From contig JALUTE010000080.1 in NCBI GenBank assembly GCA_027058255.1, forward strand, positions 1 to 39,441: a DNA stretch of 39,441 bases. Reading direction: 5' to 3'. The position numbers and the translations under genes are program-made. Source of the stretch: Methyloligella sp. GTDB taxonomy: Bacteria > Pseudomonadota > Alphaproteobacteria > Rhizobiales > JALUTE01. Numbering within the stretch: position 1 is the first letter of the stretch; each line of letters begins with the position of its first letter. The notes below the pieces were generated by a model. That model searched no databases and was not told where the DNA came from. It saw only the letters and a program-made list of their open reading frames with translations. Positions 1-9,028 of this stretch are shown piece after piece.

Positions 1-1071
1 GCGCTGATAGCGGTCGAAGATGATGAGGTCGAAATCGTTGATCTTTTCCGAGAACAGCTCGCGGGTCGGAAAGGCGATCAGCGAGAGCTGGTGAATGGGC
101 GTGCCGTCCTGCTTCTCCGGCGGGCGCAGAATGGTGAAATGCACCAGATCCACGGCGGCGTCGGACTTGAGCAGGTTGCGCCAGGTGCGCTCTCCGGCAT
201 GCGGCTCGCCCGAGACGAGAAGCACACGCAGATTCTCGCGCACGCCCTCCGCCTGGAGGACGACCCGGTTGTTCAACGTCGTGAGCTCGCCGGGCTCCGC
301 CTCGAGCGCGATCTCGACAATGTTGGGGCCGGCATGGGGAAAGGGGAAGGGGATGCGCACCTCGCGCCCGATGGGGGCGCGCACGAGCTCCTCGGCCTTG
401 CCCTCGCGGCGCACGCGCAGGAGCGCCACGCCGCCTGGCTTCTTGCGCCCATCCTCCATCACCTTGAGCGTGATGGCGAGCGTCGCGCCGACAATGCCAT
501 AGCGCGGCGCCTTCAGAACCTGGATCCGGCGGTCGAACTCGCCCTTGCGGCCCGTGAGCAGCGCATGCACCGGCGCATCGAAGCCGAGGCTCTTGGCGGA
601 TTTCGGCACGTCATGGATCTGCCCGTCGGTGATCAGGATCACGCCCGCCAGCCGGTCGGCCGGAATATTGGCAAGGCCCCGATTGAGATCGGCGAACAGA
701 TAGGTGCCCGACTTGCCGCCGCTTTGCGCGCTGGCGGATGTCAGCCAGCGCACCTGAAGGCCCGGAATGCGGGCGAGCCGGGCCTCGAGCGTGGCACGGA
801 TGGCCTTGGCGCGGGCCGCGCGTCCGTCGATGCCCTGACTGGCGCTTGCGTCCATCACCACGAGCACGATATTGGCGAGCGGGTCGCGCTCCTCCTGGCG
901 GAAGGTCGGATTGGCGATGGCCGCGAGCAGAGCCGCCAGGGACAGGGCGCGAAGCAGGCCGCCGCGGCTGCGGCGCAACAGAAGGATGACGGCGAGAACG
1001 AGCGCCACCGCCGCCGCACTCCACAGGACCGTCTCGGGCACGAGCGGCGAGAACGCGATGGTCCAGCTCAT
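1..1071 (-). CDS. vWA/MIDAS-containing membrane protein, last gene of the MoxR-DUF58 operon (3' end outside window)
   Basis: Absent from the supplied ORF track because it runs off the window edge. My own minus-strand translation from ATG 1071-1069 gives MSWTIAFSPLVPETVLWSAAAVALVLAVILLLRRSRGG... with N-terminal TM helices. It has a DxSxS MIDAS-like motif (VVMDASASQ) and stays open for 357 codons to position 1. Third positions are G/C-rich, and it starts 31 nt after the upstream gene's stop. Confidence 0.75.
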   Translation of the reverse strand, partial: MSWTIAFSPLVPETVLWSAAAVALVLAVILLLRRSRGGLLRALSLAALLAAIANPTFRQEERDPLANIVLVVMDASASQGIDGRAARAKAIRATLEARLARIPGLQVRWLTSASAQSGGKSGTYLFADLNRGLANIPADRLAGVILITDGQIHDVPKSAKSLGFDAPVHALLTGRKGEFDRRIQVLKAPRYGIVGATLAITLKVMEDGRKKPGGVALLRVRREGKAEELVRAPIGREVRIPFPFPHAGPNIVEIALEAEPGELTTLNNRVVLQAEGVRENLRVLLVSGEPHAGERTWRNLLKSDAAVDLVHFTILRPPEKQDGTPIHQLSLIAFPTRELFSEKINDFDLIIFDRYQR

Positions 1072-1102
1072 GTCCGCTCACCCATGCTCTGCGGCTCCGT
1101 CC

Positions 1103-4039
1103 TCATTGCCCCAGCCGCTCCAGCAGCGCCGGCACATGGACCTGATCCGCCTTGTAATTGCCGGTGAGCGCATACATCACGATATTGACCCCCGTCCGGT
1201 AGGCGAGCTCGCGCTGCCCCTCGCCGCCCGGCACGACCGGATAGAGCGGGCGATTGCTCTCGTCCACGGCCCAGGCGGCGGCGAAATCATTGGCGGTGAT
1301 CAGGATCGAGCTCACCCCGTCCGAGCGCCGGGCGCGCCGCACGCTCTCGCTTTCCGGCCCGCCCGAGGGCTGGGCCTCCACCCAGAGCGCGCCGCCGTCC
1401 CACCGGCCGGGAAAGGCATCGAGAAGGTAGAAGGATTTGGTGAGCACATGGCCCTCCGGCACGGGCTCGAGGCGCGGAATGTCGAGCTTGCCGATGAGGC
1501 GCTGCAAAGCCTCGCGCCCGGGGCCCGCGAGGCCCAGAGAGGACGGGAGGGCGCGGGCCGCGTCCTGGGTGTCGAAGATGATCATGCCGCCCTGCTTCAT
1601 ATAGGCGTCGATGCGGGCGAGGGTGCGCTCGTCGAGAGGGCGGGCGTCGGGGCGCACCGGCCAGTAGAGCAGGGGGAAGAAGGCGAGCTCGTCCCGCGTG
1701 ACATCAACACCCATGGGATCGGCCGGCTCGACGGCGGTCCGCGCCGTGAGCACCGCGTTGAGTCCCTGCAGGCCGAGCCGGCTTTTCGCATCCGTGGCGG
1801 GATCGCCCGTGAGCACATAGGCGAAACGGGTCTTCAGCGCCGCCTTGAGGGCGAAGGCCGTGTCCACCTGCGTGCGTGCGCGCTCTCCCGCGCGCGCAGG
1901 CGTCGGGCCGAATGCGAGCGTCAGCGCCAGCGCCAGTGTCGCCGCACCGAGGCCGAGCCCGATCGCCAGCATGGCGGCACGGGAGCGTGTGGTGCGCAGC
2001 CGGCGGCCACCCGTCGCCCGGCCGAGGCCATGGAGCGCGCCCTGGAGCGCGAGCACGGCGAGGATGTCGACAAAGAGCAGGCCGAGCGCGCCCATGAGGA
2101 GTGCGGGCTTGAGCGGCTGCATCTTCTCCGTGTGGTAGGTGGTCTTGCGCATGGCGGCGGGCAGCGCGCCCAGGGCCTGCAGCCGGGTCTTGGGGCCGAT
2201 GAGGTTGAGGGCGCGGGCGCGTCCGGGCGGGCCGTAGAAGCCGGGCGGCCGGGTCGGCCCCGGGCGCACGCGGTCGAGCTCCGCGGCCGGGATGGCCTGA
2301 GCCGTGACCGGCGGGTCCGTGAGGCGGCCGAAACCGTCGAGGCTTGCAAGCGGCGCAAGCACGGGCCCGCCCGTCTCCACCTCGTCCTCCTCGACGCCGG
2401 ATGCATCGACTGCCTTGGCGCCTGCGCCCGCGGTCTTGGGCGCTCCGGCGCTGACATTGGAGAGGGCCACGATCCGCCGCAGCATGTCCACGAACAGGCC
2501 CGAGAGCGGCAGGTTGGACCAGTCGGAATTGGCGGTGACGTGAAAGAGCACCAGCCAGCCGTCGCCGCGCCGCGCCGCCGTGACCAGCGGGGTGCCGTCT
2601 GCAAGCCGCGCCCAGACCTCGCTCTCGGGCCTGAGCCGCGCGAGATCGGCGAGCACCTGCCGGCGCACGCTCACATCCTTCGGTATCTCCAGCCCTGCGA
2701 AGGGGCTCTTCTCGTCGAAGGCGCCGAGGGGCTGCGGGCTCGCCCAGGAGAAGGCGCCGCCGAGCGTCCTGCTGCCATAGCGCAGCGGCACGGGCAGAAG
2801 ATCGTCGCCACCCTTCTCGAGCCTCGGGCCCGCAAAGCGCAGCAGAAGGCCCCCCTTCTTGACCCAGGCCTCGACCCGCTCACGCGAGCGGCCCACGAGC
2901 TTGCCGATATCCGCCAAAACCAGAACCGATACCGTGTGCCCGGAGCCGAGAAGGCTCTCCACCGCGAAGGCGACATTGCTCTGGCGCACGGCGCGCAGTT
3001 CCGCATAGGGGGCGAGGGCGCGCTCGATATAGTAGAGGGGCGCGAGCAGGGGCTGCGATTGCTCCGAGGCCGTGCCGGAGACGAGTCCCACCCGCTGCCA
3101 GCGTGCACGGGCATCCAGAAGATGCACGGCGCCGGCCGAACGCTCGCCGGCGATCTCGATCCGGGCGACCTGATTGCTGAGCTCCAGCGGCATGTCGAAG
3201 GGCGCGGTGGCGCGCCGCTCGCCTGCGGCGAACCCGAACACGGCCTCGCCCAGCCTCTGACCCTGGCGGCTCCAGGCGAAAACCCGACCCGAGCGCAGGC
3301 CTCCGCCCGGACGGACGACCTCCGCCTCCAGCTTGCCCGAGCGCCGGGCGGTGAGGCGCAGGCCGAGCGGCTCCTCGCCGGCCCCGCCCGTCACCACCGT
3401 GATGTCCGAGGCGAGCCTGGAAAGGGCGTCGGCGAACTTGGCGGCCTTGCCATGGTCGAGCCCGTCGCTCAGCCAGACGATGCTCGTCCCGTCCGCGTCT
3501 TCGAGCACGCGGGCCACACCGCCGAGCGCCGCGGTGCGATCGGGCGCGAAGGGGCGCGGCTCGAGGGCGTCGAGGATCTCGCGCGCCCTGGTCGGTGTGC
3601 GCAGGGTGGGAGCCGTCGCCTTGGGGGCAGGCGCCGTGGGCACCAGAAGAACCGGCCGGTGCTGCGCCTCGGCCTGACGGATGAGGGCACCGGCCATGGC
3701 GCGACGCGCCGTCCAGCCCGGCGCCGCGGACCAGCCATTGTCGATGATGATCACCACCGGCCCGGCGCCGCGGAGCCAGTTGCGCTCGGGATTGAGCACC
3801 GGCTCTGCGAGTGCGAGGATGAGCAGGGTGGCCGCAGCCATGCGCAGGGCGGTGAGCCACCAGGGGCTGCGCGCCGGCGTCTGCTCGCGGGTCTCCAACC
3901 CTTCGAGGAGCCGCGTCGGCGGAAAGGTGATCCGCTGCGGGCGCGGCGGCGTGGTGCGCAGCAGCCACCAGATGGCCGGAAGGCTGGCGAGCCCCAGGAG
4001 CAGCCAGGGGTTGAGGAAGCCGAGCGCGCCCAGCGTCAT
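1103..4039 (-). CDS. large membrane protein with BatA-like N-terminal double-TM domain and DUF4159-like C-terminus
   Basis: Lies within ORF 1103..4216. The preferred start is the internal ATG at 4039 (MTLGALGFLNPWLLLGLASLPAIWWLLRTTPP), which overlaps the DUF58 stop as ATGA (4036-4039). The C-terminus (...ITANDFAAAWAVD...NIVMYALTGNYKADQVHV) matches my memory of DUF4159. The 59 codons upstream are Arg/Pro/Gly-rich and overlap DUF58. Confidence 0.85.
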   Translation of the reverse strand: MTLGALGFLNPWLLLGLASLPAIWWLLRTTPPRPQRITFPPTRLLEGLETREQTPARSPWWLTALRMAAATLLILALAEPVLNPERNWLRGAGPVVIIIDNGWSAAPGWTARRAMAGALIRQAEAQHRPVLLVPTAPAPKATAPTLRTPTRAREILDALEPRPFAPDRTAALGGVARVLEDADGTSIVWLSDGLDHGKAAKFADALSRLASDITVVTGGAGEEPLGLRLTARRSGKLEAEVVRPGGGLRSGRVFAWSRQGQRLGEAVFGFAAGERRATAPFDMPLELSNQVARIEIAGERSAGAVHLLDARARWQRVGLVSGTASEQSQPLLAPLYYIERALAPYAELRAVRQSNVAFAVESLLGSGHTVSVLVLADIGKLVGRSRERVEAWVKKGGLLLRFAGPRLEKGGDDLLPVPLRYGSRTLGGAFSWASPQPLGAFDEKSPFAGLEIPKDVSVRRQVLADLARLRPESEVWARLADGTPLVTAARRGDGWLVLFHVTANSDWSNLPLSGLFVDMLRRIVALSNVSAGAPKTAGAGAKAVDASGVEEDEVETGGPVLAPLASLDGFGRLTDPPVTAQAIPAAELDRVRPGPTRPPGFYGPPGRARALNLIGPKTRLQALGALPAAMRKTTYHTEKMQPLKPALLMGALGLLFVDILAVLALQGALHGLGRATGGRRLRTTRSRAAMLAIGLGLGAATLALALTLAFGPTPARAGERARTQVDTAFALKAALKTRFAYVLTGDPATDAKSRLGLQGLNAVLTARTAVEPADPMGVDVTRDELAFFPLLYWPVRPDARPLDERTLARIDAYMKQGGMIIFDTQDAARALPSSLGLAGPGREALQRLIGKLDIPRLEPVPEGHVLTKSFYLLDAFPGRWDGGALWVEAQPSGGPESESVRRARRSDGVSSILITANDFAAAWAVDESNRPLYPVVPGGEGQRELAYRTGVNIVMYALTGNYKADQVHVPALLERLGQ

Positions 4040-5040
4040 GGCGCCTCTCCCCTCTCTGGTTGACCCCTCTCCGATGGGCTCTGCAATTCGCGCTCGCCCT
4101 CTTTCTGGCGCGGGTGCGCAAAGCGCCAGTCGTCCAGAAGACCGGAAAGGCGTGTGTGCAGCGCCAGCAGGGCCTCCTCGGCGGGCCGGTCGGTGTGATG
4201 GACGAGGAAGGACCATTCGAGACGGCGGCAGCGATCGGCGAGCGCGCGCCGATGCGCCTCGAGCCGGCGCCGATAGGCTCCGCGCAGGCTCTCGACCCGG
4301 TTGGCGAGCATGCGCTCGCGGCCCTCGGGCGAGAGGAACTCGGCCCGCCCCTCATAGGGCAGCGTCTCCTCCGCCGGGTCCAGAATCTGCACGAGATGGC
4401 CGCGCACGCCTTGGGCCGCGATGGCCTCGATGCGCGCACCCATGGCCTCGATGGGCTCGAGGAAGTCGGAGAAGAGCACGCATTCGGAGTAGCGTGAGAG
4501 CACGGCCCTGGGCGGCAGGCTCTGGGCCGGCGCGGCCGCACCATGATGCTCCACCATCGCCTGGGCGAGGCGCTGGATCGCCTTGCGATGGCCGGTCGGC
4601 GGCATGAGGCCGAGAAGGCCGATGCGCTCGCCGCCGCGCACCAGGAGCTCACCGAGGGCGAACATGAGAACGAGCGCCCGGGTGCGCTTGGGGACCGGCG
4701 CGAGCCGGCTCTGGAAGTCCATGGAGGTGGAGAGGTCCGGCCAGAGCCAGACCGTGTGCGCCGCCTCCCATTCGCGCTCGCGCACGAAGAGATGGTCCGA
4801 GCCCGCCGAGCGGCGCCAGTCCACCTGGGAGGCGGTATCGGAATCCTGGAAATGACGGAACTGCCAGAAGGTCTCGCCGGGGCCGGCGCGCCGGCGCCCA
4901 TGGATGCCATGCGCGACGGTGGCTGCCACCCGCCGCGCCTCGACGAGAAGCTCGGGCAGCGCGCTCGCCAGGGCATGCGCCTCGTTCTCGAGACGAAGCA
5001 CATGGCTCTCGGCGGATGTTGCGAGGCGCGGTCCGGCCAC
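4036..5040 (-). CDS. DUF58 domain protein (vWA-like partner of MoxR ATPases)
   Basis: 334-aa ORF with the typical DUF58 core GETFWQFRHFQDSD...VDWRRSAGSDHLFVREREWEAAHTVWLWPDLSTSM. It sits 9 nt downstream of the MoxR gene. Confidence 0.9.
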   Translation of the reverse strand: MAGPRLATSAESHVLRLENEAHALASALPELLVEARRVAATVAHGIHGRRRAGPGETFWQFRHFQDSDTASQVDWRRSAGSDHLFVREREWEAAHTVWLWPDLSTSMDFQSRLAPVPKRTRALVLMFALGELLVRGGERIGLLGLMPPTGHRKAIQRLAQAMVEHHGAAAPAQSLPPRAVLSRYSECVLFSDFLEPIEAMGARIEAIAAQGVRGHLVQILDPAEETLPYEGRAEFLSPEGRERMLANRVESLRGAYRRRLEAHRRALADRCRRLEWSFLVHHTDRPAEEALLALHTRLSGLLDDWRFAHPRQKEGERELQSPSERGQPERGEAP

Positions 5041-5049
5041 GGTCTCGTC

Positions 5050-6048
5050 TCACTCCAAGGGCGATGTGAGCCGGGCGATCACATCGGATATGCGGGTGCC
5101 TTCGGCACGGGCGGCGAAGCTCAGCGCCATGCGGTGCTTGAGCACCGGCTCGGCGAGCGCGATCACATCGTCCACCGAGGGGGCGAGGCGGCCGTCGATG
5201 AGGGCGCGGGCGCGCACCGCCAGCATCAGGGCCTGGCTCGCGCGCGGCCCAGGCCCCCAGGCGATGTCGTGGTCCGTGGCCTCGCCCGCGCCGGTGCCGG
5301 GCCGGGCCGAGCGCACCAGCTTCAAGATGGCATCCACCACCTGCTCGCCGACCGGGATACGGCGCACCAGCCTTTGGGTCGCCATCAGGTCCTGGGCCGT
5401 GAAGACGGGCGAGAGGCGATGCTCCTCCAGCCCCGTGGTCGCGAACAGCATGCGCCGCTCGGCCACCTCGTCCGGATAGGTGATGTCGATCTGCAGAAGG
5501 AAGCGGTCGAGCTGCGCCTCGGGCAGGGGATAGGTGCCTTCCTGCTCGAGCGGATTCTGGGTGGCGAAGACGTGGAAGGGGGTCGGCACGTCGTGCCGGG
5601 TCCCCGCCACGGTCACATGGTGCTCCTGCATGGCCTGCAAGAGCGCCGACTGGGTCTTCGGGCTCGCCCTGTTGATCTCGTCCGCCATCAGGAACTGGGT
5701 GAAGACCGGCCCCTTGATGAAGCGGAAGGACCGCTTGCCGCCGGGGCCCTCCTCCAGCACCTCGGAGCCGATGATGTCCGCCGGCATGAGGTCGGGGGTG
5801 AACTGGATGCGCTTGGCATCGAGGCCGAGAAGCGTGCCCAGCGTCTCCACCAGGCGGGTCTTGGCGAGGCCCGGAACGCCGATGAGCAGCGCATGGCCGC
5901 CCGAGAGCAGGGTGATGAGGGTGTTCTCGATCACGCGCTCCTGGCCGAAGATCACGTCCCTGGTGGCCTCGCGCACGCGGGCCATCTTCTGCGCCGCATC
6001 CTCGATGCGCGCGACGATGTCGTCGTCCGTCTCTGTCAATGTGGTCAT
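5050..6048 (-). CDS. MoxR-family AAA+ ATPase
   Basis: Lies within ORF 5050..6177, with the start taken at ATG 6048 (MTTLTETDDDIVARIED...). Walker A is GVPGLAKT and Walker B is FLMADEINRASPKTQSALLQAMQE. The length (332 aa) is typical of MoxR. Confidence 0.92.
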   Translation of the reverse strand: MTTLTETDDDIVARIEDAAQKMARVREATRDVIFGQERVIENTLITLLSGGHALLIGVPGLAKTRLVETLGTLLGLDAKRIQFTPDLMPADIIGSEVLEEGPGGKRSFRFIKGPVFTQFLMADEINRASPKTQSALLQAMQEHHVTVAGTRHDVPTPFHVFATQNPLEQEGTYPLPEAQLDRFLLQIDITYPDEVAERRMLFATTGLEEHRLSPVFTAQDLMATQRLVRRIPVGEQVVDAILKLVRSARPGTGAGEATDHDIAWGPGPRASQALMLAVRARALIDGRLAPSVDDVIALAEPVLKHRMALSFAARAEGTRISDVIARLTSPLE

Positions 6049-6206
6049 GGGTCGAATATAGAGCCCCTTTGGGTTGAGCGAAACAGTCTCGCGCGCAATT
6101 GGGTCACAATCGTGTTTGAGCGTTACCGCCTGCCACGCTTGCCTGCGCGGGGGTGCTGGAGCACTCAGCCATTGCATTCGGGGGCGTTCGGAGAGATACC
6201 GGAGCC

Positions 6207-6923
6207 ATGCAGGATGCGAAGGCGCGCAAGATGACGATGATGGATGCCGGCGCGCTGCGGCGCCGGGCGTCCCGCGTGCTCGCGCCCTGCCCGTCCTCGC
6301 GGGTTTTCGATCCGAACGCCGAGCCGGCGCGGGGAGACCATGATCTCAACCCCGGAAGCGACATGCTCGCGCTGGCAGGCGATGCGCCGCGCCCTGCGGC
6401 CGTGCTCGTGCCGATCATCGCCCGCGAGGCGCAGGAGGGGACCCGCGACGCGTGTGAGGGGCATGGCCGCGGGCTCACCGTGCTGTTCACCCTGCGCACG
6501 CAGCATCTTGCAGCCCATGCGGGACAGATCGCCTTTCCGGGTGGTAAGGTCGAGCCGGGCGATGCCTCGCCCCTCGAGGCGGCCCTGCGCGAGGCCAGGG
6601 AGGAGGTGGGCCTCGCACCCGAGCGGGTGGAGATCCTCGGCTATCTCGACTGCTATCAGACGGCGACCGGCTTTCGCATCGTGCCCGTGGTCGGGCTGAT
6701 TGCGCCGCCCCTTGCTCTCACGCTGGATGAGCGCGAGGTGGCGGAGGTCTTCGAGGTGCCGCTTGCCCATTTTCTCGATCCCCGCAACCACCGAAGGCAT
6801 GCGGTCCATTGGAAGGGCGCGCTCCGGCGCTATTACGCCATGCCCTATGGCGATCGCTACATCTGGGGGGCGACCGCCGGCATGCTCAGAAACCTCTATG
6901 AAAGGCTCGTCGCATCATGTTGA
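6207..6923 (+). CDS. Nudix hydrolase, CoA pyrophosphatase-like
   Basis: Lies within ORF 6153..6923. The Nudix box is GGKVEPGDASPLEAALREAREEVGL. The upstream motif LRTQHLAAHAGQIAFPGG is typical of the CoA-pyrophosphatase subgroup. The start is ambiguous (ATG 6153, 6207 or 6231). Confidence 0.82.
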   Translation: MQDAKARKMTMMDAGALRRRASRVLAPCPSSRVFDPNAEPARGDHDLNPGSDMLALAGDAPRPAAVLVPIIAREAQEGTRDACEGHGRGLTVLFTLRTQHLAAHAGQIAFPGGKVEPGDASPLEAALREAREEVGLAPERVEILGYLDCYQTATGFRIVPVVGLIAPPLALTLDEREVAEVFEVPLAHFLDPRNHRRHAVHWKGALRRYYAMPYGDRYIWGATAGMLRNLYERLVASC

Positions 6924-7198
6924 GGATCGCCCTCATCGACCTTCTGCTCTTCCTTCTGCCGTTCGTTCTCTACGCGGCCTGGGTGTGGCTGTCGCGGCGT
7001 GGCTCGGGCCGAAGGGGCGGCATTTTCGACGACGCGCCCATCCATTGGCTTCTGATCGCGGGCGCGCTTCTCGTCATCGGCGCCCTCGCCTATTTCATCT
7101 CCTTCTCCGGCGCGCCGCCGGGCGGGGTGTACGAGCCGCCGAAATTCGAAGGTGGCAAGATCAAGCCCGGCCATATCGAGCCCGGGAAGACCGGTTAG
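6917..7198 (+). CDS. small conserved-looking membrane protein, function unknown
   Basis: 93-aa ORF with two hydrophobic helices (LIDLLLFLLPFVLYAAWVWL; WLLIAGALLVIGALAYFISF). Its ATG overlaps the Nudix stop (ATGTTGA, 6917-6923). Third positions are G/C-rich. Confidence 0.6.
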   Translation: MLRIALIDLLLFLLPFVLYAAWVWLSRRGSGRRGGIFDDAPIHWLLIAGALLVIGALAYFISFSGAPPGGVYEPPKFEGGKIKPGHIEPGKTG

Positions 7199-7208
7199 CG
7201 GGGGCACC

Positions 7209-8534
7209 ATGGCAACCGCGCGCGATTCCGAGAAGGCGGCGTCCGGCGCGCCCCCCCGCATCGGGCCCGAGGCCGAATGGCTGCATCGGCGCGAGACGCA
7301 GGCGGTGTTCGCGGCGCTTCGGATGGGCGGCTTCGAGGCGCGCGCAGTGGGCGGTGCCGTGCGCAACGCCCTTCTGGGCCGTCCCGTGACCGATGTGGAC
7401 ATCGCCACCACGGCCACGCCCGACGCGGTGATGGCCCTGGCCGAGCAGGCGGGACTCAAGGCCGTGCCGACGGGGCTCGATCACGGCACGGTCACGGTCG
7501 TTGCCGATCACACCGCTTATGAGGTCACCACACTGCGCCGGGATGTGGAGACCTTCGGGCGCCATGCCCGCGTCGCCTTCACGACCGACTGGGTGGCCGA
7601 TGCCGAGCGGCGCGACTTCACCATGAACGCGCTCTATTGCGATGCGGATGGCACGCTGTTCGATCCCCTCGGCGGCTATGGCGACCTGATGGCGGGGCGC
7701 GTGCGCTTCATCGGCGATGCGGCCATGCGCATTCGCGAGGACTATCTGCGGATCCTGCGCTTCTTTCGCCTGCATGGCGAATATGGGCGCGGCGCACCCG
7801 ACGCGGAGGGGCTCGCGGCCTGCGTGCGCGAGCGGGCTGGCCTTGCGGGCCTGTCGCGCGAGCGGGTGGGGGCGGAGATCAAGCGCCTCATGCTGGCGCG
7901 CGGCGCGGACGGGGCGGTGCGGGCCATGTTCGAGCACGGCCTTCTGGTTCTCGTCCTCGCAAGCGCGGTGCGCGTGAGCGTCTTTGCCCGCCTCACCGCG
8001 ATCGAGGCGGCGCTTGCCCGCCCGCCCGATGCCATGCTGCGCCTTGGCGCGCTGGCCGTGCATGTGCGCGAGGATGGCGGCCGCCTCGCCCGCCGCCTCA
8101 GGCTCTCGCGCCGAGAGCGGGGCCGGCTGGAGATGCTGGGCGAGGCCCGCCCAAGGCTTGGGGCGCACATGCCGGAGCAGGCGGCGCGGGCCGCGCTCTA
8201 TCACCTGGGCCGGGAGAGCTTCGAGGCACGGGTGCTGCTCGCCTGGGCGCGGTCCGGGGCGGGCGCGCAGGATACGGCATGGCGCAGCCTGCTGGGGCTG
8301 CCCGCGCGCTGGCAGGCGCCCGCCTTTCCCGTCACCGGCGGCGATCTCGTGGCGCTCGGCGCCTCGCCCGGCCCGGCCATTGGCGAGGTCATGCGCCGGC
8401 TCGAGGCCGAGTGGGTCGCCGGAGACTTCGCCGAGAGCCGGGAGGGGCTGCTCGCGCGGGCCAGGGCGTCGATTGAGGCGGCCCGCGAGCAAGACGGCGA
8501 GAACGGGGCGCGCGCGGGAGGCGAGCTGAAATGA
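7209..8534 (+). CDS. cca: CCA tRNA nucleotidyltransferase / poly(A) polymerase family protein
   Basis: Lies within ORF 7152..8534, with the start at ATG 7209. The nucleotidyltransferase motif is GGAVRNALLGRPVTDVDIATTATP, followed by RRDFTMNALY and EDYLRILRFFR. Confidence 0.87.
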   Translation: MATARDSEKAASGAPPRIGPEAEWLHRRETQAVFAALRMGGFEARAVGGAVRNALLGRPVTDVDIATTATPDAVMALAEQAGLKAVPTGLDHGTVTVVADHTAYEVTTLRRDVETFGRHARVAFTTDWVADAERRDFTMNALYCDADGTLFDPLGGYGDLMAGRVRFIGDAAMRIREDYLRILRFFRLHGEYGRGAPDAEGLAACVRERAGLAGLSRERVGAEIKRLMLARGADGAVRAMFEHGLLVLVLASAVRVSVFARLTAIEAALARPPDAMLRLGALAVHVREDGGRLARRLRLSRRERGRLEMLGEARPRLGAHMPEQAARAALYHLGRESFEARVLLAWARSGAGAQDTAWRSLLGLPARWQAPAFPVTGGDLVALGASPGPAIGEVMRRLEAEWVAGDFAESREGLLARARASIEAAREQDGENGARAGGELK

Positions 8535-8577
8535 TGGTCCGAGGCCGACCCGCGGGCTCGGGCACCCTTGCCGACGC

Positions 8578-8964
8578 TCAGGGCCGCATGGCACCGCCGG
8601 CATTCATGGCGTCCGCCCAGATGAGGAGGCCGAACACGAGCGTGTTCGCCACCAGCCACAGCCCGACGATCCAGTAGACGCGCTCTTGCATGCGGCGGGC
8701 CTTGGCGCCATAGGCGCCCGAGCCAATGCCACGCATCAGCCGCATTGCCATCTTGACATTTCGCAGGACGAAGGGGCCATGCGCGATGGGCGGGTTGGCC
8801 TCCTGCTCCGCCATGAGCTGGCGCCCGCCCCGGCTCTTTCGGATACTTCCATGATACCAGGCGGACAGAGCGATCAGGGGCAGGACCAGGACCGCCAGGG
8901 CGAACACGAGATAGAGCGTGCGAGCCGTCGGATCGGCGAGCCATTCGGCGACTGTCCGGGCCAT
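8578..8964 (-). CDS. small membrane protein, function unknown
   Basis: Starts at the internal ATG 8964 of ORF 8578..9273 (MARTVAEWLADPTARTLYLVFALAVLVLPLIAL...VYWIVGLWLVANTLVFGLLIW) and has two hydrophobic helices. The first 103 codons of the listed ORF are Arg/Pro/Ser-rich and overlap the 3' end of rpoN, so I do not believe them. Confidence 0.55.
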   Translation of the reverse strand: MARTVAEWLADPTARTLYLVFALAVLVLPLIALSAWYHGSIRKSRGGRQLMAEQEANPPIAHGPFVLRNVKMAMRLMRGIGSGAYGAKARRMQERVYWIVGLWLVANTLVFGLLIWADAMNAGGAMRP

Positions 8965-9028
8965 GGCAGACCCCCCGTAGCTTTGCCCCCGCTGGCGCGG
9001 GCCATGGCGGCTCCCGATGCTCGAGCCC

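Noticed and set aside
872-4063. 1063-aa plus-strand ORF, the longest in the track, plus the similar ORF 91..1167+.
   Set aside because: They are antisense to the well-supported minus-strand genes 1..1071 and 1103..4039. Their composition is dominated by Arg/Ala/Gly/Pro/Glu with no recognisable motifs. Long open antisense frames are expected at this GC content.
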